DNA of 64,000 nt, taken from NCBI GenBank assembly GCA_963707865.1, contig OY970175.1, forward strand, positions 300,352 to 364,351. The letters run 5' to 3'. Below, one piece after another: positions 19,410 through 28,492 of this stretch (position 1 is the first letter of the stretch; every line of letters begins with the position of its first letter). Origin of the DNA: an uncultured bacterium (GTDB lineage Bacteria > Patescibacteriota > Minisyncoccia > UBA6257 > 2-01-FULL-56-20). The notes beneath the pieces are model-generated. The model saw nothing but the letters and a program-made list of their open reading frames with translations. It made no database searches and was not told the DNA's origin. The position numbers were made by a program, and so were the translations under genes.

Positions 19410-19994
19410 TCACATTCTTGAAAACGGGAATTTCTGGAGGATGGCGTATTCGGCGCCATCGCGACGAAGCGTGGATTCCATAAAGTCCAAGCTTTCCACG
19501 GGAACGCGGATGCGGAGTGCGCGACGGAGGGGCGGCAGCGATGCGCCGCGCATCTCGCCGTTAAATCGCGCGAGGGTGATGTGGCCGCCGAACGGTCTCG
19601 TTTCCCTGATAAACGGCACCTGCTCCGCGACCAGCCGGTCTTCAAGAAACTCCTTTACGGCGGAAAGTTTTTTGGAGTTCTCCTCTGCCGCGCACAGCCA
19701 CAGCATCCTCTTTGCGTGCCCTCGCGGCGGGCCATACGTTAATGTATCAAAGATAATTTCCTGCGCCGAAAATTGTTTCGTAGTGGCTTCCGCGGCGCGC
19801 ATGATTTTGGGGAATTCGGTGTCGTCCTCGTAGCCCAAAAATGACATGGTGAGATGCCAGTTCGCGGACGGTACGAGCCGGATCCGACGGAGAAGATCGG
19901 GCGCGAATTTCTTCTCCGCCTCTTCGGACACTTTCGCTACCTCTCGCCGCGCGGTATCGGTGAGATTCACGGCAATGAAAAGTCGGTGGCGCAT
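19410..19994 (-). CDS. thpR: RNA 2',3'-cyclic phosphodiesterase
   Basis: RLFIAV, two HxT motifs (WHLTM, GHITLAR), MESTL...GAEY. Confidence 0.9.
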   Translation of the reverse strand: MRHRLFIAVNLTDTARREVAKVSEEAEKKFAPDLLRRIRLVPSANWHLTMSFLGYEDDTEFPKIMRAAEATTKQFSAQEIIFDTLTYGPPRGHAKRMLWLCAAEENSKKLSAVKEFLEDRLVAEQVPFIRETRPFGGHITLARFNGEMRGASLPPLRRALRIRVPVESLDFMESTLRRDGAEYAILQKFPFSRM

Positions 19995-20023
19995 AATTAC
20001 AGGATACATTAAAATGAAATGGA

Positions 20024-20293
20024 ATGGCTAAATCGCAATCGGCATACATAAAGGAATTAAAGCGAAGAGCGGCCACATCGCACGTGTATCGGAAGCACCA
20101 GCTTCTGGGGCTTTTGATCGCACAAACCCTGAAAGACGAAAGGCATAAATCGCTCTACATCAAGCTCGCAAAAGAAAGGGGCGGCGAACGCCTCCTCGCG
20201 CTCGCGAAGGAAGTCGCGGAAAAAAGGAATGTGAAAAACCGGGGAGCGTACTTCATGGCGCTCCTTAAAGAATATTTCGGCCATGGCAGATGA
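20024..20293 (+). CDS. Small basic hypothetical protein
   Basis: L.D..HKSLYIKLAK...N.GAYFM pattern; overlaps the def start. Confidence 0.7.
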   Translation: MAKSQSAYIKELKRRAATSHVYRKHQLLGLLIAQTLKDERHKSLYIKLAKERGGERLLALAKEVAEKRNVKNRGAYFMALLKEYFGHGR

Positions 20294-20780
20294 AATTGTT
20301 GCGGTAGGCAATAAAAACAATGAAAAAATCCTGCGTAAAAAAGCAGTTGATTTTGATTTCAAGAAATTTACGCGGAAAGAAGTGAACGAATTCGTCGCCA
20401 CAATGCGCCGCGTCATGAAAGCGGCGAACGGCATCGGCCTTTCCGCAAACCAGATCGGCCTCCCCTACCGGGTGTTCGTCGCCGAAGTGCCGGACGCGCA
20501 GGGCGGCACGAAATTTTATGCCGTGTTCAATCCGAAAATTGAAAAAGTGAGCGACGAAACCGTGCCGTACGAGGAAGGATGTTTGAGCGTGCCCGGCGTC
20601 TGGGGCGACGTCACGCGTCCCGCGAGGATCATGGTAAGCGGTTTTGATAAGAACGGGAAACCCGCAAAAGTAAAGGCGTGGGGACTCCTCGCGCGCGTGT
20701 TCCAGCACGAGGTGGACCATCTGAACGGAAAACTTTTCATTGATCGAACGAAGAAGCTACGGAAAATTTCTCATGCCTAA
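20283..20780 (+). CDS. def: Peptide deformylase
   Basis: GIGLSANQIG, EGCLS, QHEVDHLNG. Confidence 0.97.
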   Translation: MADEIVAVGNKNNEKILRKKAVDFDFKKFTRKEVNEFVATMRRVMKAANGIGLSANQIGLPYRVFVAEVPDAQGGTKFYAVFNPKIEKVSDETVPYEEGCLSVPGVWGDVTRPARIMVSGFDKNGKPAKVKAWGLLARVFQHEVDHLNGKLFIDRTKKLRKISHA

Positions 20781-20786
20781 TTTCCA

Positions 20787-21617
20787 ATGAAGTACGTCTT
20801 TTTCGGCACGCCGCGCTTCGCGGAAATCATTCTTGAGCGCCTCCTCCGCGCGGACATGCCGCCAGTGGCCCTTGTATGCAATCCCGACCGACCAACCGGA
20901 CGGAAAAAGGTTATCACTCCCCCGCCGACAAAGCGGCTCGTGCTCTCGCGCGGCGCGGAAAATTCCCGCATCAAAATTTTCCAGCCAGAAAAATTGGATG
21001 AATATTTTATCGGAGAACTCGCCGCGCTGGGCGTGGATTTTTTCCTGGTCGCGGCCTACGCGAAGATCATTCCAAGGGCCGTGCTTGACGTTCCTCGCCT
21101 TGGCGTGATTGGCGTCCATCCCTCGCTCCTGCCCAAATACCGCGGCGCTTCCCCTATCCAATCGGCTATTTTGAACGGCGAGCGCGAAACCGGCGTCACG
21201 CTGTACTTGATGGATACAAAGATGGACCATGGGCCAATCCTTGCGCATGATGCGATCCCGGTAGACAGTTTAAAGACGAATTATTGCGAACTTGAGGAAA
21301 AACTTGCAAATCTTGGTGCGGCACTCCTCATAAAAACCCTGCCGGCGTTCGTAGGGGGGAAGCTTATGCCAGAGGCGCAGAATGAACGGGAGGCTACCTA
21401 TACGAAAAAATTTGCGACGGAAGACGGTTTTGTGGATGGGACAAAAGAATCCCCGGAAGAGATTGTCCGGAAAATCAATGCCCTCACGCCCGAACCGGGC
21501 GTCTGGACCGTGCGGAACGGTAAGCGGGTAAAACTGCTCAAAGCTGAAGTCCGCGGCAACGCGCTCCGCCCCCTCCTTGTCCAAGAAGAAGGCAGGAAAC
21601 CGGCTGCGCCCGATTAG
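20787..21617 (+). CDS. fmt: Methionyl-tRNA formyltransferase
   Basis: FFGTP.FA, PDRP.GR, HPSLLPKYRGASPIQ, MD.GPI; follows def. Confidence 0.95.
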   Translation: MKYVFFGTPRFAEIILERLLRADMPPVALVCNPDRPTGRKKVITPPPTKRLVLSRGAENSRIKIFQPEKLDEYFIGELAALGVDFFLVAAYAKIIPRAVLDVPRLGVIGVHPSLLPKYRGASPIQSAILNGERETGVTLYLMDTKMDHGPILAHDAIPVDSLKTNYCELEEKLANLGAALLIKTLPAFVGGKLMPEAQNEREATYTKKFATEDGFVDGTKESPEEIVRKINALTPEPGVWTVRNGKRVKLLKAEVRGNALRPLLVQEEGRKPAAPD

Positions 21618-21621
21618 ATGG

Positions 21622-23733
21622 TCACATTTTCTTCTCTTCCTCCTCTATTTTCCAAATCTCCTTGCCGACATATTCGTCAACATCCGCAAGATCCTTTTTT
21701 ATTTTCCCCTCGCGCGCCATTTCTTCGCCGGAAAGCGCCCTTTTCCCTTTCATGGTTTGCAGATATGCGAACTCCCGCTCAATATCGCGCCGAAGTACGG
21801 AGAAGCCACGCCGCAGCGAGTCCTCCGCCTCGTGCACGAGCGCCTCAAGCCGCATGCGCATGGCGCGGGTGCGATGGAGCGCACTCAAGAAAACATATGC
21901 GAGCACCAGCGCAACCACAAGGAAAATAATGGCGAGCGCAAGGTAGAGTTCCTCGTAATTCAAGCGAATGCCGCCGATTGCAATCGCTGTGGGCGCCACG
22001 GTGATATCCACGCGCGGGGATGGCGGACTCATTTCATTTCCCGAAGCAAGCTCTGCCCACACGACGTAGTGCCCGGAATCAAGGAGCTGCGGGAACGAAT
22101 AGAACCAGTTGCCGTCGGCACCCACGGTTGTAGCACCCGAAAAGGTATTCCCCGTCTCCGCCTGTTCAATATAGACGACCACGGTGGAACTGGGCACGTT
22201 CGCCCATCCGCCCAGGTAGAGAACCTCGTCGTTCGTGAGGGTGCGTGGGTAGAGATTGATAATCGGAGGATCCAACGCAAGGCCCTGCGCTGCGGGCGCA
22301 GTGACCGCCGTTGCGGCCGCGGTCGCCGCCTGCGCAGGACGGGATACTACGGCGCCGAACGAGACGCCGACGCAGAACAAGACAACCACGAGTTTTTTGA
22401 GCGCCTCTTCGTATTCCCGCTGTTTTTTCTTCAGCTCCGCAAGTTTCTGCGCAATCTCCGGATGCCCCGCGGCGCCACGTTCAAGGCGATGTTCAAGTTC
22501 CCGGTGCAACTTCCACAACTTGTATATGCCGTATACCAAGAGCGCGAGGATGATGAGAAGCACACCGATAACATATGGCCAAGGCACGAGGACGCCTCCC
22601 CCGATGCGAAGACCGTCGGTTCCGACCACCTGGAATAACGGGCTTACAATGTCAATCTGCTGCGTTGCCTGGTAAAAGTCGCCTGCAAGATTATACGCGC
22701 GCACGACCACGTCGTAAGAGCCAAGGGCGAGGTGTTGAGTGTACGGCGACGACGCCTCAATGAAAAACGGCTTATTGTTCTGTGCAACTTCCGCAAGCGG
22801 TGGGTCAAGCGGTATGAACTTTATGTCATAGTGATCAATGCCGGAAACGGCGTCGGTCGTCTGAAAAAAAACGATAGGATCCTGATCGGTGGTGCGCGTG
22901 CCGGGCGAAATATTCAGCGTGAAGGCGGCAGGTGGCGCCACATCCACCCGTATTGGAAAATGGGTAGTGCCGCCCCACGCGCCTTCCACGAGGGACTTGA
23001 TATGGAAATAATAGATGCCGTCCGAAAGATTGTTATACACCGTGCGGTCGGAGGTACCTTCCGAAATGTTGTCGGGGATGGTTGCGGGTGAATTGTCCAG
23101 CACGTAGCTGTATCCCTGCGCCGGCTTTCGGGCTAACCAGTCCAGCACGACCGAGTTCGCGTTGTACCATTTGCTCTGATCGGGATTCGTGGGGGACGTC
23201 ACCGTCGGCCCCGCCGGCGGCGGCACGGTAAGATTGTAAATGCCGTCGGTGGTCTGGCTTAAAATGTCGGTCCCGACCCCATCGTTCGCGAGTATTCTTG
23301 AGCCATCAAGAAATTTCACCGTCGCGGCGCCCGTATCCATCACGCGGAAGACGATGGTGGAAAGGAGTCCGGCAGTCGTATTGATGCCCGGACTCGGCAT
23401 CGTCCCTTGAAATTTTAGCGTGCCTTGGCTGTTGGAATAGCTCGGCTGGGTAACCCATATCTGCACGAACGAGTTGCCCGTGGTCGGTGAAACCACCTGC
23501 AATTTGTCCGCAGGGAAAGAGAGATCGGCCTCCACCGCATTCACCGATTGCCCGCCGGTGTTCAAATAAATGGAAACGGTGAATGTGTCCCCCACCGCAA
23601 AACTTCCCGTAGCAGGCACGACGTAGAGAGACGCCCCGCTTGCGCGGACTTTGTGCGGGGAGGGGGCAAAAAATGAAACTGCAACAACGACCAGAAACCC
23701 AAAAATGAGCAGTTTTTTGGTGCCGTTCCTCAC
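21622..23733 (-). CDS. Cohesin-domain / Ig-like membrane protein with an internal second signal-like segment
   Basis: GTG start at 23733; cohesin-like SLY..P...F.VGDTFTV.I..NT....VNA....LSFP.DKL; Ig-like GIYYFHI..D..PP; TM helices. Confidence 0.75.
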   Translation of the reverse strand: MRNGTKKLLIFGFLVVVAVSFFAPSPHKVRASGASLYVVPATGSFAVGDTFTVSIYLNTGGQSVNAVEADLSFPADKLQVVSPTTGNSFVQIWVTQPSYSNSQGTLKFQGTMPSPGINTTAGLLSTIVFRVMDTGAATVKFLDGSRILANDGVGTDILSQTTDGIYNLTVPPPAGPTVTSPTNPDQSKWYNANSVVLDWLARKPAQGYSYVLDNSPATIPDNISEGTSDRTVYNNLSDGIYYFHIKSLVEGAWGGTTHFPIRVDVAPPAAFTLNISPGTRTTDQDPIVFFQTTDAVSGIDHYDIKFIPLDPPLAEVAQNNKPFFIEASSPYTQHLALGSYDVVVRAYNLAGDFYQATQQIDIVSPLFQVVGTDGLRIGGGVLVPWPYVIGVLLIILALLVYGIYKLWKLHRELEHRLERGAAGHPEIAQKLAELKKKQREYEEALKKLVVVLFCVGVSFGAVVSRPAQAATAAATAVTAPAAQGLALDPPIINLYPRTLTNDEVLYLGGWANVPSSTVVVYIEQAETGNTFSGATTVGADGNWFYSFPQLLDSGHYVVWAELASGNEMSPPSPRVDITVAPTAIAIGGIRLNYEELYLALAIIFLVVALVLAYVFLSALHRTRAMRMRLEALVHEAEDSLRRGFSVLRRDIEREFAYLQTMKGKRALSGEEMAREGKIKKDLADVDEYVGKEIWKIEEEEKKM

Positions 23734-23738
23734 GTCTT

Positions 23739-24617
23739 TTATTGTACCATCTTCTTCTTCCCGCGCACCACGAAGAAAACGATGGTGGCGATCGCAAGGA
23801 GCACAATGGCGATCTCTGCGGCAAAAATCCAGAACGACGACCAATCAAAAAGAGTCTTTTCGGCTATGTTGCCTGCGTTATCGGTCGCGCGGAAATCAAC
23901 TTCCCACACGTCGTTCCGAAGTGGCGTGGGATTCACCGCTGGCTGCCATGCGCTCCAGAAAAATCCCGTGCGATATCGCAACTCGGTCTTTTGCACGCCA
24001 GAAACGTCGTCCCGCACCAAAAACGAAAGAAGTTTTTGACTGCCATTGAAGGGATCCGCTACGAACGAAATGGACTGGATTGTGGGCGATGCGGTATCGG
24101 CATTCCCACTCGCGGCGGACGCGGGCATTAAAGAAGAATTCGCGGCGGATGCAAGAACCGTCACGCGGGCACTTTTTGTCTGCGGGACGACCTTCGTCCC
24201 TTTGCCGTTCGCAAGGTATACGTACGGATGGTCCAAGGTGATGGCAGTAGTGCCGGTCGCGATGGAAGTGAAGTTGAGCGTCATGAGCAATCCCCCACTC
24301 CCCGCGAACGATGCGAGCGATCCACCGCTCCAGCTTATCACACTTCCCGGCCCGACAGTCGGTAAGCCCTGCGACACGGTTATGAGAGAGTTCGCGTTAT
24401 TCGCTCCGTCGTAATGCAAAGCCACGCCGTCATAATTCACCATAACCGCGTAGGCGTTCACGGGCTGGTCGGTATCAATCTGCACCAAGACCGGGAATGA
24501 AGCGCCGAGCGGAACGGAGCTTGTAGGAGCAACGACATACAACGTGGTGGCTGCAGCTGCACACAGGGGGAAAATGCCAGCGCCCAAAATAGTTCCGAAA
24601 AGAATGGGTTTTTTCAT
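23739..24617 (-). CDS. Cohesin-domain membrane-anchored surface protein
   Basis: Signal peptide; F.V.V.IDT.QPVNA..V.V.YD...L, LANG.GT; DT.SP Ig-like domain; C-terminal TM plus KKK. Confidence 0.75.
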   Translation of the reverse strand: MKKPILFGTILGAGIFPLCAAAATTLYVVAPTSSVPLGASFPVLVQIDTDQPVNAYAVMVNYDGVALHYDGANNANSLITVSQGLPTVGPGSVISWSGGSLASFAGSGGLLMTLNFTSIATGTTAITLDHPYVYLANGKGTKVVPQTKSARVTVLASAANSSLMPASAASGNADTASPTIQSISFVADPFNGSQKLLSFLVRDDVSGVQKTELRYRTGFFWSAWQPAVNPTPLRNDVWEVDFRATDNAGNIAEKTLFDWSSFWIFAAEIAIVLLAIATIVFFVVRGKKKMVQ

Positions 24618-24626
24618 GTTATGGTC

Positions 24627-26027
24627 TTATGGTCCCGTCCAGTAGTACATCAAGATGGAAACGTCACGGAAATCCACGATACCATCGCCACTAAGATCGT
24701 AACGAAGGGCGAGAGGGTCGGTCCTCCCGTAATAATAAAGCAGAATGGAAAGATCCACGATGTCCACGCGGTTGTCTCCGTTGAAATCCGCCCTTTGGTA
24801 CAGTGGCGTGATAAGGGGCGGGCCGGGATACCTGCTTGATCTGAAATATCCGGTACCACCGCCTCCGGCCGATGGGACTCCTATGACAGAGCCGGGACCC
24901 GTGGAGCCGCCGCCGGACGGCGAGAGCGGCGACGCCATCAACGTGAACGCACTGAAAGAATCGGTCGTAAACGTCACGGTTTTCCCTGCAGTATCACGAC
25001 TGAAAGCCGAGATGGCCGTCCAGCCGGAATCGGAACTTTCCCGCCGATATGGCGCGACCGTGCTCTCGTCAAACCCTGCTATCGCTGCTGCAGCGTAGTG
25101 CAAAACCACCGTGAGCGGTGCCGAAGTGGTCGCAACGGAAGCACCAGAAAAAATCGTGGAAAGCGTGACGTTATAGACCTGACTGATGAGATCAGCGCCC
25201 GTCGGAGGAGGATAAAAAGACGCATAGGTGTCCCCTTCGTACGCAAGCACCTGCAAACGGACGTCCTGCGAATAAAAATCCGGCGGCGCGGTGAAATCAA
25301 CGGGCACATTGTCCGTGCTTGTGAAGATATACGTGGTCGTGGCGGCAGCGGAAAGCGTGGTGGTTGCTACAGTTTGCGGAACAAGGAAGGAAGCAGTGAG
25401 CTTGGGATATTGGGTATAGGCATCCAGCGGCGTGCCGGAAGCATAGGTCATGCGGAAGAACCAGTTTTGCGAAGTGGTTGCGTCAAGGTTGATAAGCGAC
25501 CAATCCCATTCCCCGATATCGCCTCCCATAAGTTCTGTCGGCATTGCCGCGGAGGGGTTGGACTCCCCGTAACTTTCGCCCACAGTAGACGAAGCCAAAA
25601 GCATATTTGCGATGATCTGCCCGTCCCTGACGGAAGGATTGTCAAAGAATGCCCACGCCGTGGAAGTGCCTACGTCCGTCCAAGGGCCGGAAGTGGCGTT
25701 GGCATACTGGAGCGAAAGCGTGCTGCCCGCCGCGAGCGGCGCACCACCGGCGCTTCTTATGTTCATCCGCAGGCGCGCTTGGGTTCCCGCAATCGGAGCG
25801 TCGACGGCGGCGTTTTCGGCCGCAGCGGGCGCGGTCGGATCCAAACCGTCTATGTTCCCGAACCAGCGATACGCGTTCTGTATCGCAATCACGATCGGAG
25901 GGGTGGCGGTCACGGTCGCGGGAACATTCGCGGCATACGCCGCGGACGCCACACCGCGTGCCAAGAAGAGCCCCGCCTCAACCGCCACGACGAGAACAAG
26001 CCCCGCAGCAAGTATTTTCCATTTCAT
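24627..26027 (-). CDS. Secreted protein with C-terminal type I dockerin domain
   Basis: Two EF-hand-like repeats ADFNGDNRVDIVDLSILL and DLSGDGIVDFRDVSILM. Confidence 0.85.
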   Translation of the reverse strand: MKWKILAAGLVLVVAVEAGLFLARGVASAAYAANVPATVTATPPIVIAIQNAYRWFGNIDGLDPTAPAAAENAAVDAPIAGTQARLRMNIRSAGGAPLAAGSTLSLQYANATSGPWTDVGTSTAWAFFDNPSVRDGQIIANMLLASSTVGESYGESNPSAAMPTELMGGDIGEWDWSLINLDATTSQNWFFRMTYASGTPLDAYTQYPKLTASFLVPQTVATTTLSAAATTTYIFTSTDNVPVDFTAPPDFYSQDVRLQVLAYEGDTYASFYPPPTGADLISQVYNVTLSTIFSGASVATTSAPLTVVLHYAAAAIAGFDESTVAPYRRESSDSGWTAISAFSRDTAGKTVTFTTDSFSAFTLMASPLSPSGGGSTGPGSVIGVPSAGGGGTGYFRSSRYPGPPLITPLYQRADFNGDNRVDIVDLSILLYYYGRTDPLALRYDLSGDGIVDFRDVSILMYYWTGP

Positions 26028-26200
26028 TGATCATGCAGTTTGCTTCCGATGCCGAAGAATCGTCCACAAACGGCGCGCGACGAAAAGAACGGCGATCAAT
26101 CCGATCAGCCAATAGATCCAGTAATTTTCTATGAAGTTTACGATTTTGCTGTAGGGCGAGAGCGACCCTGCGGGAAGGACGTGGAAAATCGTCTTTTGAC

Positions 26201-26721
26201 ATCAGCAGCGCAAGCCCCGCGCTTCAGCGCGGGGGATAAGCCATATCCTCCGCCCATTGCGTTACAATGAGCGTATGCCCAAGCCCGTATTTTGGCGTGG
26301 CGGTCACACCGTGCACCGCTTTCTCTACCATGTGGTGTTCGTCCCCAAGTACCGAAGAAAGGTGCTCCAGCGGGAGCTCGTCCGACGGCTGACCTTGCTC
26401 TTCTACGAGTGTTGCAGGGTGAACCGGTGGTATATCCACGAACTGGCCATCATGCCTGACCATGTCCACCTGCTCCTCCAGCTCCCGCCGAGGACGTACT
26501 TTCCCCAAGCGGTGCAATACCTCAAGGGCGGGACAAGCAAGGTGATCAGGAAGGAATATCCGGAGCTGGAGGAATTCCTCTGGGGAGACAGCCTATGGGC
26601 GGATGGCTACTTTGCCGAGACCGTCGGACGAGCGAGCGAGACCGCCATGCGAAAATACATCCAAGCGCAATGGGCGGAGGAGAGGAACGCAAGCCACGGC
26701 CTTTAGGCCGTGGAGATTGAC
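26201..26721 (+). mobile_element. IS200/IS605-family element (tnpA only, 521 bp)
   Basis: Subterminal hairpins CCCCGCGC-TTCA-GCGCGGGG and CCACGGCC-TTTA-GGCCGTGG; TTGAC at both junctions (26196-200, 26717-21). Confidence 0.9.
26275..26706 (+). CDS. tnpA: IS200/IS605 Y1 (HUH) transposase
   Basis: YHVVFVPKYRRKVL, DHVHLL, LKGGTS, LWADGYF..TVG, KYIQAQ. Confidence 0.95.
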   Translation: MPKPVFWRGGHTVHRFLYHVVFVPKYRRKVLQRELVRRLTLLFYECCRVNRWYIHELAIMPDHVHLLLQLPPRTYFPQAVQYLKGGTSKVIRKEYPELEEFLWGDSLWADGYFAETVGRASETAMRKYIQAQWAEERNASHGL

Positions 26722-27514
26722 TTGCGACAATCTGATTGCCTTTATAAAACACCACGCTCCCCCAATAATCGCCGATACCAAGATGAAAGTCGGTCGGGAA
26801 TTCTATCGTATATTCCTGCGTCGTGAAGGGCGGCGTCTGCGGGAAACCGCCTTGTTTTGTCATATAGGCAAGCCGCACCGCGTCAAAATGGTCGTAGAGA
26901 TCAAACGTCGCCGTGTCAAATCCTTCCGGGATGTTTCCATCATTCTGAAAGCGCACGGTCGCGCGGGGATTCCAACCCTCTTCAATATCGGGCAGCGTGA
27001 TGAGCACCACCTTATAGCTCTCGTAGATGTTGTTCCCAACCGTAAGATTGATGGAAACATTCGCGGCAAGCGCAATCGTTACCTGGCCGGCACTCGCGGG
27101 TTCGGTTGTAAAAACAAGGGTTCCGGAGTATTTGCCGAGGCCTGCATCTTTCGGCACCGCGACGCTCACCACGACCGGAAATTGGCGCGTGCCCGCCGGG
27201 ATCACAAAATGAAAACCCTTATCAATGGAAAACCAACTTTTTATCGCGTCTGGGACGGTAATGTCCGCATGAATGCCGAGGTCTATGTTCGGCTGGTCCT
27301 GTACGAGATAGATTGTTTCCTTGTACGTAACGCCGGGCACGAGGTGATCCGTGTTCAGAAATGGCGGCGAGATGCCGAACGCGGCGCGCGCCGCTCCCGG
27401 CGCGATTAAAAATAAAATCGCCCCGCAAAGAATGGCTAAAAGCGATGGAACGGAAAACTTCTGGGGCGACCCTAAGACGCGCATTGGTATGCCTCTACTA
27501 TATCACAGAGTACG

Positions 27515-28441
27515 TTAGCTGTGGAAGACGGAAGCGAAGGTTGAGGTCGCGTTATACGTGCCGGTTGCGGTGCCTGCGGGGACGGAAACCTTCCAATACT
27601 CGTAACTGGAAACAGTGCTCGTGGTTGTGGGCGAAGCAAGCAAAAACCCGGCAGCAGCTGTGGGGCTGTCGGTGAGCGCGGTGTCGCCCGTTCCGTATGT
27701 GAAGCCGGACGAGGTCGCGTAGTGCTGGGAGGTCGTTGCAAAATTATTGGACCCGGAAACAAAGTTCGTACCGGAAAGATTGAGGGTGGTGGAAGAGTTA
27801 CCCACATTCGCAATCGTGGTCGTCACACTCGTCGGGCTTGTGGAACTTGCCGCGAGTGACCCGTAACTGATAGATGCCTCCGAAACGTTGATGGCGTTCA
27901 GAATGCCGAGCGAGGTCGTAGCAGAATCTGCGGTATTCGTTGTGTTTTCCGGAGAGGTGAAGCTGATGGTCGCCCGCCAACTGTCCGAAGGGTAACTTGA
28001 CGAGGCATCCGTAGTGGAATCGGCAAAATAGTAAACATTGAACGTCGTCGTGGTATTGAAAGAGGTCCCCGCGCCGACGCAGGAAGATGTGGCGGTAAAC
28101 GCAGTGGCAGTGTAGCAGTTGAGATTGTTCTGCGTACAGGTTGAACCCTTCGTCGTCCGATAGAGTTCAATTGTTTCCGTGCCGTTCGTGAGAGAACTGC
28201 ACCCGTTGTTGTCCCCTATGATCGCCGTCACGTATATGGGCGTCGTCGTACTCGCAATAACCACTATGGGGGCGGGGCTGATCGCAAGCGACGTAATCGT
28301 TGGCGTTGCGGGACCCACGACCACTGAACTCTGGAGGGTGCTTGTGCTGCTTGCGTAGATCGTCTGATCAACAAGAAAAAGGCTTGCCACCAAAACAAAA
28401 TACGCAAAGACGAAGAGAAGGGCCTTTTTCTTACCTCTCAT
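27515..28441 (-). CDS. Small secreted Ser/Thr-rich surface protein (WxL-like C-terminus)
   Basis: Signal/TM N-terminus; ends YW.VSVPAG...GTYNATSTF; paralogous to the C-terminal ~250 aa of 28493-32656. Confidence 0.7.
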   Translation of the reverse strand: MRGKKKALLFVFAYFVLVASLFLVDQTIYASSTSTLQSSVVVGPATPTITSLAISPAPIVVIASTTTPIYVTAIIGDNNGCSSLTNGTETIELYRTTKGSTCTQNNLNCYTATAFTATSSCVGAGTSFNTTTTFNVYYFADSTTDASSSYPSDSWRATISFTSPENTTNTADSATTSLGILNAINVSEASISYGSLAASSTSPTSVTTTIANVGNSSTTLNLSGTNFVSGSNNFATTSQHYATSSGFTYGTGDTALTDSPTAAAGFLLASPTTTSTVSSYEYWKVSVPAGTATGTYNATSTFASVFHS

Positions 28442-28476
28442 ATGTTTAAATTGTACCAAATTCGCATTTCAAGGCC

Positions 28477-28485
28477 TGTGGATAA
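28477..28485 (-). promoter_or_regulatory. Perfect DnaA-box sequence (TTATCCACA) upstream of an extended -10 promoter
   Basis: TGTGGATAA on the + strand; TGGTACAAT downstream on the minus strand. Confidence 0.45.
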
Positions 28486-28492
28486 CTTTCAT

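Larger units (their letters stand above)
26031..27484 (-). pseudogene. DUF916/WxLIP-like membrane-anchored surface protein interrupted by IS200/IS605
   Basis: Removing 26201-26721 joins ...NQIVASQ to KTIFHVLPAG...YWIYWLIGLIAVLFVARRLWTILRHRKQTA* in frame; N-terminal FGISPP motif. Confidence 0.8.

Noticed and set aside
26201-26721. TnpB/omegaRNA system or IStron
   Set aside because: The element is 521 bp, fully explained by tnpA and two end hairpins
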